From assembly GCA_036172245.1 (NCBI GenBank), contig JAYWIR010000001.1, positions 4,588,001-4,652,000 on the forward strand: a DNA stretch of 64,000 nt. The letters run 5' to 3'. The notes under the pieces are model-generated. The model saw only the letters and a list, made by a program, of their open reading frames with translations. It was not told where the DNA came from and did no database searches. Position 1 is the stretch's first letter, and every line of letters starts with the position of its first letter. Positions 12,297 to 24,713 of the stretch are shown here, in pieces. Position numbers and translations under genes: made by a program. This DNA comes from Raillietiella orientalis. Taxonomy: Eukaryota.

Positions 12297-15200
12297 TTAT
12301 GCTAGAAAACTGAATATGCTGCTTTTACTGCCACTTTCATTCACATTTGAAGTTTTGTCTGTTTTTGCCTTTTTAGATGGTGTTTTCTTATAAAAACTAA
12401 CGTCTACTGTGTCTGAAATTGTAGCTGATGCAGTTTCTTCCGTCTTGCTGAGTTTACTAGGGCTCACTGATGCAAACACAAAATTTCCTTTGGAATATGG
12501 GTTAGCAGATGCTGTTTTTGTAATTTCTGCCAGTTTATTCAGAGTTTGCTTGCTGCGACAAAGGAAGGAGCCCCAGGTGCCCTAACGTTTTATGAATTTT
12601 GGGTGAACAAAAACAAAATCATGCTTACATGCAGCTTATATGGATGTTTTGCTGATGGGGATAGGGATGATAGAATATTGGTTGCAGAACGCTGAAGAGT
12701 AGAAAATTTCTGTGCACCACACTTTCTTGCTTTTCTGTTACTTTCACTCCGAGAAGTTACAGGTGACTTCAGTTCTTCTTCCTAAGAAAAATCAGTCACT
12801 TCAAAACTACGTGACTCAAATCACATCTCACCTTATTCTGACTAGTTCTGAGCCACTGTTCCCTCTCAGATCGCAATTTTCTCCATTCACCATCGTCTAA
12901 TGGCAAATCCTCATTATCACAAAAATCCCACTGCATGGAGTGTACATTTTCTTCCCTATCTTGGGTTCCTATTAGGTAAAACAATCAAATGCCATCAGAT
13001 GCTCACCTAAATTTCGCCATCGGAACTTCCTCTGACGAATATGATCTGAATGTAGTTCTCCATTCTCCAGATAGAGCTCCTTGTAGAGAAGCAATTCTCT
13101 TTGGTCTTGATCTTGAAGCTGCTTTCTGAAAGCATCCAACTACTTCATAAATCAAATACCAACTTCTACTTACTGGTAGATACGACCAATTTCTTTGCGC
13201 AATTTTTCCTGCTCTTCAGGATCAATAGACGTGTCTTCTCGCCAGTCTTCTATACCAGCATCCTCCTCTGCAGAATCTTCATCTGAAGTAGCTTCTGAAC
13301 CTGACAGCTCAGCTTCCATATCCAAAAACTCATTTGGGCTAAAAATTCATCTTGTTTAAAAAATCTTCATGGTTTCACTCACATGAAGTTAGCAGATGAC
13401 TTGCTTGGACTTTTGGTTTTGGGAACTTGTATTTCATTCTCATCTGAATCATACAGTACTTCACCTCCTTCACTTGACTGCTCATCACATTCATCTTCAT
13501 TGTCTGCAATCAGAAATAAAACGATTGGTGTGTGAATACTGTCATACCTGATAGCAGCAAGATTTGTTGTCTTGTGAGACCAACTGGTTCCATTTCTTCA
13601 TCTGAACCATCAGATTCTGACAACTCTTTCTGACTGATTACCTGCTCATTTGTATGCTGCAAAAAAATTCAAATCGTTACCTATTGAAACGGCCAGAACA
13701 CAAATCTAAAAGTTCATCCATTGCTTCCTGGGTAGTGAATCTGTCAAACAGAGTATTATCCAGTTTGCTGTTGGGTTCCGACTTATCAAATGAATGGCAG
13801 TCTACAAAATTAGAAACATCAGCATCAAATACATTAACTTCAAAAAATTGTTTTCCAAAACTCAGCAAACAGAACACTTCTTGATTATGATATAAAGAGT
13901 TATAAATTATTCACACACTAAAACATGCTGAGAGTGCACACAAGACCAATGACAATGAACACATAACTAATTCTTAGTAAGTAGCATATGACATCCTTTA
14001 TTTTTTAATGACAAAGCAAATGTGAAATTTAAAATACACAATGAGCTACTGGTACCCACAAGTGGGGAATAAAAAACGTGAAAACCATAGACAATTGAAA
14101 TACAGAAGATACCACAGATAGCAAGCTACCTTTTGAGCTGGTTAAGTGTAGAAAAGAGAAAACTTCCGACCTTGGCAAGTTGAAATTGAAATTAAGATTG
14201 TTTTTAAAGTACCAGCAAACTTCGAACTGTTTGCAGACTAAAGGATGTTTTATTGGGTATTGGGAATGCCTGAAAGAGGGATAGGCAATAATAGAAAGCT
14301 TCTGGAAACAAATATTAATAATATGATGTTGATTAAGATTACTTTCAGAAAGCATAATGCATTCATATAAAGCATCTCATTTACACAAAAGGGAAAAATC
14401 CAAATAAGCTACTGTTATTATAAGAACATTGTATAAGACTTCAATACTTAACTGGTGATATGCTATTATTGTCGTGAGTTGTAATATGATGCACTTCAGA
14501 GATGTCATCGGAATCAGTCAGACTAGTCTGTGCTGCTGTGCTCTCTACTTAGCCAATACAGTTATGCATCCATAAAGCAAATTCCTCTCACCTTCTTCAG
14601 GTTCCACCAACAAATGCATTGTCTCAGCATCCTCTTCATCACTGGTGTCTTTTAAAGATGTAGCTGGAGAAGGACTGTAATGACTTTGTATCTGTTCAGA
14701 GACTTCATTTTCAATCTCGACTTCATCCAACTCCTCTGACATATCTTCTTCAGCTTCATCATCAATGAAAATGCTCCTCTTCTGGGTTTCACGGAATTTC
14801 TTTTCACTGTTTTGATTTTCTTCTTCACTGTCTTCTTCCTCCTCTTCACTTGATTCTGTTTCATTAGAAATGTATTCCTCTTCTTCTTCCTCTTCCTCTT
14901 TTGCTTTGCAGATAGAAGAGCTTTCTGAAAAACAGTCAAATCAAACCTAATACTTCCATCTTTGTCCATACTCTCTTCTTTTTCTTGACGCTTTTTCCAT
15001 TCCTCTCGACGTTTGCTTTGAATACGAGATCTCAATAGCTCTTTCAAATACCTTCGTTTATAACCTGGTTCAGAAGAGTGACACTCAGAACCATCTTTGG
15101 CAAGAGCAGGGCTGTATTGGAAACCATCCAAAATTAACTGCTCTTCACCCATCAGATCAGTTTCTTTTCTCAGAATGCTGCAACACAGTAGAATCATGAA

Positions 15201-16347
15201 ATACGTTTCATATCACTCACTTTACACGAACTGAAGTAGGAATGTGTGAAGCATTTTCAGAATGCTTTATGAATCGAGAAATTAAATGAGATATTCCACG
15301 TGTAGCCGAATAAGACTTACAATCATTAAGATCAATAATACCATTGGGGTCATCACATGATAGGAGCTTTGTATTTAAGTGGGGCTGGTCTGATGTCTTC
15401 TCAATCAAATCAGTAGAATTAGATGAAGATAGGCTTGTTGAATCACCTTCTCTTGCATGTGAATTTTCCTCAGTTGAAATTGCATGCATATCACTAAAGA
15501 AAACACTAGACTCTATACTGTGCTCTCTTTCTGATGAAACATGGGTATCCAAAAGCAAATGATCATTGTCCTCCTTGAGGGTTGTGGATTCTTGATCAGC
15601 AGAACAATTGCACTGAGAATCTGAATCATCAGAGTGATAAAAATTCTCAATGTTTCCTTCAAGCTTTTGCAACTGTGCTCTACAACTGAGTAAACTTAAA
15701 GTCAAGTCTTCTCACTTACATTAAATTGTCATCATTTAAACCTTTATTAAAGTGATCTGGCAAAATGAATTTTTTCCTTTTAATAAATTCGGAAAATGTA
15801 AGTTGCTTTGGTTTATGGTATGGAAGTGAGACATGAGCTTCCCGAAGCTGTTTTTGTATTTCACTATGTATCTTTCTGATTTCCTTGGCACTAAGTCTCC
15901 TTGAGAGATGCTGATAATTTATGTAATCTTTAATTTATTTACACATAAAAATATACGTACCTTCTTTTTTACTTTTGCTTTGTTCTTTCCGTCTATTTGA
16001 TTATTTTCTACATCTGAGTTATCTGCATTATATAGGTCAGGATTTTTATCTAAGTCATGAGGAAATTTCCCAGTTAAACTTTCCTCTGGAGGTTTGCTCT
16101 TTTGAGAATCTCTAATTTCGGAAAATCCCCCAGTATAAGTTTTACCAGCCTTTGGTGCACACTCGTTCAACTAGTTAAAGTGGAGCTTACTTTACGATTA
16201 TCCTAAATAAAAACTTACGACTAATGCATCATTTTCCTTATTATGTTCATTTTCCGTTTCTTCGTCACTACTTGATAATATGTTTCTTAACGTCTGTTTC
16301 TTCTTATGAACAATGCAATCAAACACTAAGGCTTCATCATCGGACAT
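12297..16347 (-). CDS. CLSPN: Claspin (Chk1 adaptor, replication checkpoint mediator), multi-exon
   Basis: Spliced by hand from ATG 16347 (MSDDEALVF) to TAA 12297. Claspin motifs: IHSEIQKQLREAHVSLPYHKPKQ, acidic tract, Chk1-binding TQEAMDELLDLCSGRF, FLDMEAELSGSE, RELLLYKELYLENGELHSDHIRQRKFRWRNL, GSFLCRSKQTLNKLA. GT-AG introns include 16218-16171, 15960-15911, 15719-15680, 15220-15178, 14971-14925, 13680-13634, 13547-13504, 13382-13339, 13173-13126, 13006-12969, 12831-12782 and 12629-12582. Boundaries of the ~0.6-kb intron near 13.86-14.45 kb are uncertain. Confidence 0.93.
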
Positions 16348-16530
16348 TTTCAGTTTTTATATAACAAAATAACCAATATTATTGGCAATGAGTTACAATT
16401 AAAACATGAACATGACGATCAAAAATTGAATCGTTTCTACGAGTGACACACCGTATTTCATCAACTACGGATGTTCGATGTACTTCCCAATTCAGCTCAC
16501 GTGCTCATATCCCAAAAGCAATAGAAAATC

Positions 16531-16539
16531 CCGCGAAAA
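16531..16539 (-). promoter_or_regulatory. E2F-type site (TTTTCGCGG) ~185 bp upstream of the Claspin ATG
   Basis: Matches TTTSSCGS in a CpG-containing patch just upstream of an S-phase gene. Motif match only. Confidence 0.5.
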
Positions 16540-19500
16540 CCTTAACACCCTATTGGAAAGAAATGCCATCCTGAAAACTTAATTTCTTTTTCTTTTCTTT
16601 TTTTTGGTTCTTTTACATATACCGTGGAAATTCATGTGTACTTTTAAACGTAAAGTGAGAAAAATGGTTTATTGAAATTATATTATTTACAGAAATGATA
16701 GGTAATCCATCACAGTTTTTAAGCTGTTGGCAGACTCATAAGTGGATATAAGCAAATGAGAAAAACAAAAGGCAAATTTAAGCTTTTAAAAAATGTGCAA
16801 AATTCAGCACAAATGACTTTTGATAATTCTTCATTCTCAAACACAAGAAAAGAATACTATGTTTTTTTTCCATAAGATTTTATCTAATCAAATTTGAAAA
16901 AGCAATCTATCAAGTTGATAGTGGTAAAATATAGCAAATAAAATAAAAGAAATACAACAAAATTTCAAGAATATGTTGACGGAAATTTCATGCCTACCCA
17001 TGATTCATATTTACTCCTCACTTTCATCATAACTTGCCTGAGTTTGGAATGCTTCCCATAATGGATGTGATTGTCTAGGATTTGTTATTTGTCAAGGATA
17101 CATCAAATGTAATAAGTACAGAGAAAACTTCTCTAAAGAATAATTTCCAAATGGATTTGGAAAACAAAGAGTCCTATTGACTATTTCGGTCTACTGAATG
17201 GTGTATTTTATCGTCTAATTCTACAGTCTCCAGACTTGAACTTTTCTGTTTATGAATTCACAAAGTTTAAAAGTAAAAATCGGAAAAATACTGTAAAATC
17301 TCCTGACAAGTAAACAAATGCAGCTTAGATCAAAATTGTTAATCCAGTACTTTACTCACTGAAATAAAATTAAGCTACCAAAATATTTGGAATTCAGGAT
17401 AATAACAAATATAGGAATAAGAGATCTAGCAAGTTAATGAAAATATACTAGCAGAACTCGGAAAATTAAAATGAGAAAGCACTTAATTATTGTTTTTTTA
17501 AAGGATTCTGGAGAAGTACCAATTATCTATTAGAGATCAAAAGTAAATTGAATTTCTTAACAGAAAACTTAATAAGTTAATCGCTTAAATTGGATTTGTG
17601 ATGCCACATTGAGAAGTCAAGAAAATAGGTTAAGAATTTTAACTTCAGTAAAAGCCATTAGTCTTATTGATTAGGTAGACTTCAATTTTAGAAAAATCTT
17701 GTCTTGACATTAGCCGATTTTGAAGTTAGATAGGGGGGCAAAAACTAAAAAAAAAACAAAGTAGAAATATTCATTTTTGCCTCCTCTGGGGGTCTGCTGG
17801 AAGCTTGAAATTCTCTAGGTCTATCAATATATAGAGAATAAGAACGGTTTGGCACTGAATGAATGCCCTGTTTTTGAAAATTACGAAATTGCTGATCATA
17901 ACAGCCAAGCAGTAATCATTGTAAGCAAAAACGCATCACTATCAAGTACATCTCTTGGTATCAAGTTGGTTATAAGAAATCAAAGATTTCTCATTGAAAC
18001 CTGGAATTGTTCCTCTCTGAGAAGTGCTATTGAAAGCTCCTTTCGGAAAAAGATGAAAAACTTCAGTTGCACAATTCTGTATAAAATCTCACTGAATAAT
18101 TATCAGCAGACTTTTCTTTCAGTTTATCGCAAAGAAGGTCTGTCTGTCTGAAAGTCTAATTGAAAACTACAACTGACAGATACGCTCCATTGCAAAGACC
18201 TTCACAGGACCCTGGAAGAGGAGAAAGGCTTAGATGTACTTGTTCGAGGCGTTCGGAATTTTCAGGTCACTTTGAAAGCACCGTACAAATGATAATCAAG
18301 ATCGGTATTTCCACAGAACAAATTACTGGTACGTTGCAGATTAGTTGGTGAAGGGAACTTGTATAGTTTTCTGAAGGTTCTCAGTGAATTTTCTCATTTA
18401 ATTTTGGAAATTTCTGCGTCTTCAACGATACTTTCTTAAGAAACTTCGTTCCTGATGTGTTCTTCACATTAGGCCTGCAATACGTTAGAAACTTTCGGCA
18501 AGCGTAAGTTCAGCGTTTCACTTCAAGTTTATGGACATTCGGGAGTTCCAATGTCCATAGGCAAATCATGCTTTTGCTCTCCCAAGCAATCCCGTGAGCT
18601 AATATATGAGCATGACACGCACGATGCATAGAACTTGTTGCTCATCCTCATTTGAAATGAAAAGAGATCTCATGAGCTTTATTAATTATTCGACTCTGTG
18701 CGTTGTATTCATTTGATGCAACATCGAAGTACTGAAACTTCTTTTGGGTGAAATAACCACGAACTGCTTCCTGCATTTTTGTTATTCGGGTGGTGTCGAA
18801 CTCGGGATTTATCATTTTGAGCAGATTTTTGGTACACGAGAAGCTGCTATTAAGAATCTTACAAGATAAATTTTACGCCGACATAGATAAACTACATAAT
18901 TAAAAAGCTAGTGTGTACAGCTGTAAACAAAGCATAATTCAAAGAAGTTTCCATTTTTATATGGGAATACAACATCTTAAGGATGTACAATCTTGCAGGA
19001 AATCAATGAATTGGAGAACACCACGTGAAATATGCTAATGGTTCACACAGCAATTGCGTTTTCGGTGCATTTACAATTAATGTGTCCTCCACACTGCCAT
19101 GTAGTGGTGCCATCATATACAAATAATGTTTTGTTAGAGTATGTTGAAACCAAACAGTCAAATATTTTAGTGAACTCTAATGAGAAGGGAAATTGTCAAC
19201 CGTCTTTCATACATATATGAGACTTGAATATTTGCTTGTATTACCAAATTTCTTAGAATACATCGAGTTTTTTAGGCAACAAAAAAAAAGTTGTATCCCA
19301 CAGGTCTCGGTAAAAATGACTGGCATCGGTCACGGTGCCATCACAAGTTGCATTTTCAAAAGCCATGCCAATTCCAGTAAATTATTTGTGCTATATTTAT
19401 GCTACCTTCAAGTTGCGAAAAAGAAAACTTATCTATAGAAGTAACCACAAAAACAATTTCATTTAATGAAAATACCCCACGAGGATTCCAATTGGGATAT

Positions 19501-22500
19501 TTAACATGCGATGACCATCGGAAGAGGAAAGTATTGTAGTAAGCGTTGAACACATGGAACCATGGAAAGAGCTACGCTGTTTCTAAGGAACTTCCTCAGA
19601 ACGGTGTTTTGTTGGCAAAGTTATTCTCTACTATAGCAACCATGCTGGACTTTCTTCACTGAAATGAATTCAGTTGTTTTCTGGAAAATAAAAATGTTTC
19701 CCAAAGAAAACCCCCCAAAGCAAGTGAATATCACTGAGCGACACTCAGTGATATTTAAACTCCGAGAAAGTGAAATTGAGTAACAAACTGTTGTACTATG
19801 AATCAGTGTAATAATACTATTAACACAAGGTTGCCATATCAATTCACCCCGCCGCGAATGGGACTGGGGAAAACTGCTCAAACTTCCTACCACTTATCCC
19901 CTCTATATTCCTCATAATCTCAAGGCTCCCATGGAAATTCACGCCCCATAATCGATACTTTCAGTATTATTCCACGCTTTGTTTCACTGGGCAACGTGAC
20001 GAAAGAAATTATTTGCAAGTTATTTTCGTATTTAGAAATCTGCTAGATCACTGGGTTTCCTCTGGTCGAAATAATCGGATTTCAAACCTCGCTTTTCAGC
20101 ACAGTTTTCCAGAGAATAGAATACGTATAGAACGGGAAGTGTGATCTAAGAATCTTGTTCTAAAAGATCAAAGCACGTGGAATCATCTTGCGTCACTCAT
20201 GGGATGTGCTTTAGAATTTCTTTAGTCGAGAATGGATTTCGAACCACCGGGTCAAGTGAAAGACGATTTTCATCTTGAAGGGGAATCTCGTAAACAGAGG
20301 AAACAGATTGCCTATCGATAACGAGAGCATACGAAATTGCCCTCCGCCCGAAGTACATGGAAAACTGCTCAAAACTGGGAAAAGAAATTGTCGCATAAGG
20401 TCAAGCTGTCCTGTCCGGGGGAGGTTTTACGACCCCGGACACATTTCTCCTGGAGTTGGTGGAGTCCACGACACTCAGTATCAGAAGATAAGCCTGGAAA
20501 ATTGTCATGAATGGTACAACACGAAACTTGAAAACTCAAGAGGATGATCAGAAAAGATCAAAATGAGAAAAAGCGTTCTAAAAAAATCCCCTCTCATACG
20601 AAATCCATGTCATAACCAGAGAGATACATCTTCAAACAATTTGTACAGAAACCTTAGGTTTGGACAAGGACGTGTACTTAACCCACGTGTGGTTAATGTT
20701 TAAGGTGATACACTTGAAAACTTCGAAAGGTTCACATAAGAGTACAAATCAGATGAATGATGGCTTGAATAAAAGACCTTGGAAAAGAACTTGCTTAGAA
20801 AAATGAGGCAGGGATCAGTTCCTAAATAAAAAGTGCACAGCACACTTCAAATGGGTTGCTCCTCCCAAATACAAAGAGTACTCTCTAACACACTTAATCC
20901 TTACCATTTTACACAGTTTGTATCCAGGAAACGAGGCATGTCAAAGTTTAGAGAGGACTGTTTTTTCTTCTCCGAATAAGGGACAGAAGTCCCATTTCGA
21001 AGAAGTTAAGCGCAGATGCCGTGTGGTGTTGCATAGCGAAAATAGGAACGCTCGGAAAGCCGTTTTCGGTTTCGAAATTTTTCGAGAAACCACGAACAGG
21101 ATGGACACAAAACGAACAGTTCACCTCCATCCAGCATCTGCAACACTCTGAACACTACCTCTCCAGGATCTGGCAGATGCGGGATTTTTGACTTTGTTTT
21201 GAGAGGCAGCAATGTGACAACTGCTGCTGACATGGACAGAACGAACCATTACTCGTTGAGGGCGAGGCGTGAAGAACTCAGGGTCCTGAGGTTTTAAGGA
21301 AAAGAAGTTACAAGGGGCAAGTCAAAAAGCCCATCAGCGGTGTTAGAAGAAAAAAAAGGTAAAAAATCGATTTCCGGTGCCAGCAATCGATACTTGTCAA
21401 AAGACCTGAGACATGAATCTGGAATCCAGAAAGTGCTGGGTCATACGTGCTTTGCAGCTTTTTTCTGAAGCATGCGTCAATGACCAGAAATTCACTCAAT
21501 CATGAGGACAGGACGAAAACAGACGCAAAAGTAGGGCATGGAGCGGAAGGTGATTAAAGAGAAAACTGGGGTCTTCGCAAACAACTTTCGCACGGCGACC
21601 GGATCGCCCATAAAACATGTACCCGAAAGCCACTCGTATAAGTTTAGTACATTTCACAAGACTACATTTTTTTTCTTAATCTTTCCAAAAGTAAAAAACT
21701 CCCACCGGCTCTTTTCATTTTTCATCTACCGAATGAACACATGCTCAAAACGTCCTTCATTTCTCCGTATGAGATCAGCTCTCGCGCAATGCAATACCAT
21801 GCGCCAACGATCATACTGGTTGAATTCTTCTGCCAAATACAGGCGTGGAGTATTTGGTACAGGCGCGTACTTCTGATGATTCCAAAATAACATTACATTT
21901 CGTGAATCTCCTGCTCCTGATGTTCTCAAATTTCGCACCGTACAGAGATACGCTCAGCAAATGTGACATTTTTCCTATCTTATCAAAGATCCTAATGATG
22001 CAGCTGACACCAGCATGAAATTTGAATTGTAAAAACATTTTTCACTGGGATAAATAAAACAGCTTTTGCATTTATGCATACTTAGTGACACATTCTTCAT
22101 AATTTCACATCAAAGTCCTTTCTTTTCGTTCAAACTCTCCAAATCATTCATAGTACAATGAATGGTTATTCAGAACATGCCAATTCAACACTCACAAAGC
22201 GTAAAAGTTTTCAATCAACCATCACGCACGACAACTTGATCAAAATTCACTGTGTTAATCAAGATTTCAATTTTATGGTAATAAATTCTTGGCTAGTCCA
22301 TGTGTCCCATACCTTTGATACACAGACACTCAAAAACCAGTATACTACTCAACAGACGTAAACAGTCGATCTTACATCGAAAAAACCTGCTACTGACTAA
22401 AAATGAGGTCATCTTTTAAAAGTAAGTAATGATTGCTTTTGGTGAATATGAAAGCAATACTTTGGGCTTGCCTTCCTGAAATTGTTTTGATATTTTTTCA

Positions 22501-22584
22501 AAGACAAAAACCAAAGCAATAATAGTTTCTCATAATACGCCATACATAGAAGCACCAGTTTCATTTTAGTCTTTATCACATACC

Positions 22585-22630
22585 ATCAACAATCATGTAT
22601 CAACAACAATCATGTATCAATAACAATCAT
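22585..22630. repeat. 17-bp tandem repeat, ~2.5 copies, just downstream of the eEF1-gamma stop
   Basis: atcaacaatcatgt-atcaacaacaatcatgt-atcaataacaatcat. Confidence 0.8.
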
Positions 22631-22646
22631 TTCTTGATTGCTCAAT

Positions 22647-24713
22647 TTATTTGAAGATTTTTCCCTGATTGAAAGGACGCCCATTTTCATCTGCTCCTTC
22701 ATGATTAAAATACTGCTCCACAAGTTTTTTGCATTCCTCAGAAGCAGGATCTAATTTTTTCCAAACATAGGACTCATAATCAACTTTCCAGTCTTCAGAT
22801 AGCTAAAGAAAATTAAAACATGCATTTTTGCTGCTAATATGACAAAAATACAAACTTCAAATACTAGATCGTGGCCTCTCCACAACCATACTCCTGATAT
22901 AGAACTGTTATTGTTGCTACCAAATAGGCACACAGATGCAAAGGCATTTTTACGTAGCTTATCAAGTCTCTGGAACATTCCTGAAAACACTTTGAAAAAA
23001 CAAATGCAGCTATTGCATACCAGAAACAAGATTACAGCTCATGAATACTTGTGTCAGTTCATCATTGTATTTGTAATCGCAAAACCACAAAGACCAATGC
23101 TGTGGATCAAAGTGCTTCCAAAAGTATGGTATTGATACTGCTGTGTCTTCATTTGAGTAGCATCGCTTGAAATCATCCAGAACAAATGTGCTATAGATAA
23201 GTAGTAAAAGTTTCAATAAAATACTAATTTACCCTTTGGGGTATTTTTCAAAAGGGTCAGCCTTCTTTGGTTCTTCAGCTAAAGCCCTTTCTGTTTCATC
23301 TAATTCCTCATTCTCGACTTTTACTGCTTTTTCAGGTTTCTTGGGATTCTTTTCTTTTTTTTTGGCATTTTCTGCCTTAGTTTTCGATTGAAACACCGCA
23401 TACTTCGTAGCATCAAATTCTGCCATCTTTTCACAGAGTTTAAGCTCTCCAACAACAGCCTTAACCTCAGGCTGGTTAACCATCGTTGAAAACCAACGAT
23501 TCACATTACAAAATGGTGCTCTATACATGTGTTATCCGAAGTATCAAAGCAGATTTAATATCACCTGTATTTAGGATCCAAAACATATTGATATGCTAGC
23601 AACAAAGTACAACAAACACAAATATCTGCCAGGGTTATTTTCTCTCCAACTAAGAAAGTATGGTGTAAAAGATGCCCATTTAATGTTGTCAGGGCTCTTT
23701 TCACATCTTCTTTTGCATGATCAGTTGTCTACTTCAATTACATCACCAGTGCAAAGTGTTTCCCTACCTGTTTATTGTATGCCATTATGCCCATACATGG
23801 AAATACCCATGTACAAGCTGCTGGCAAAATCTCACTATCAGCAAAACTCATCCATTGAATAATCTGTGCTTCTTCCAAATTGCTCTCTCCTCGTAACTGT
23901 TCACTGGCCACTTTAAATGTATACATGAATAGAGGTGGGAAGGAAGCAAATAGGTACTTACAATAATATGCAATTGCATTACTTTCAAAAATACACACAC
24001 CATCACTGCCTTCAAACGTAGGAACCTACAAAAAAGCTGTATGAGCAATCAATTATCATTTGTTCTCACAAGATGCAAACTGATGTGATGCACACAACAG
24101 TTGAATGTTATGATATTTATTTACCTCCTTTTGTTATGTCTTATTTTTAATTAAGACATCTTTGAAAGAGGGCTTGATATGTGGCTTACCTTACCAAAAG
24201 GAAACTTTTTCAAAAATTCTTCCGATTTATTTGTTTCTCCGAAAACAAAATCTTCAGCTATTTTTACATCCGCTTTGCTATACTGTGCAGCAATCAGGGC
24301 TTTATAAGCCCTGAAATTTTCGGGATATGTGTAAATTACCTGGAAATACACCACCATTACTGCTACGAAAAAGTGCATTCACATGGTACATGAATTTATG
24401 AATTCGATTCCTCGCGCAACCCCACATGCACTGCTTAGAAGTTTATAATCCAAATTTTCCTTATTACCCCCGTATAAAATTCTTTTTCAATAAGTCAATA
24501 GGCATTATGATTTTCCAATGTGGTTTAATTGAGCACTTTCTGCTAATATTTCAAAAATAACTGCAAGCTAAAAAAGCAATATTAAAATAGTTATGCTTAC
24601 TCAGTTTTTGTCTCTGACGCTCATTTTATTTACATCACTAAAATCGCATATTATAGTTCAAAAGAACACCGGAATTTAAAATAATAAGTATGCATACGTA
24701 CCCCAGAAACCAT
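22647..24713 (-). CDS. EEF1G: Elongation factor 1-gamma (eEF1B gamma), 9 coding exons
   Basis: Exons 24713-24702, 24339-24190, 24025-23962, 23910-23768, 23728-23565, 23520-23233, 23190-23021, 22980-22856 and 22802-22647, all GT-AG and in frame. Protein: [25 protein letters not shown]...FPFGKVPTFE...FESNAIAYY...NVNRWF...[15 protein letters not shown]...[22 protein letters not shown]...FNQGKIFK* (GST-like N-terminus plus EF1G domain). Confidence 0.98.
24058..24175 (-). ncRNA. Probable box H/ACA snoRNA in eEF1-gamma intron 2
   Basis: Sense strand: hairpin 1 (cctcttt/aaggagg lower stem, tgtctta/taagaca upper stem), H box AAATAA, hairpin 2 (tcataa/ttgtga lower stem, aactg.tgtg/caca.cagtt upper stem), then ACA+3 nt. 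Each upper stem sits 14 nt from its H or ACA box. The intron is 164 nt while the six downstream introns are 39-53 nt. Confidence 0.75.

Noticed and set aside
24595-24650. C/D-box-like GTGATGT...CTGA in eEF1-gamma intron 1
   Set aside because: Only ~38 nt between boxes, imperfect C box and no recognisable antisense guide.
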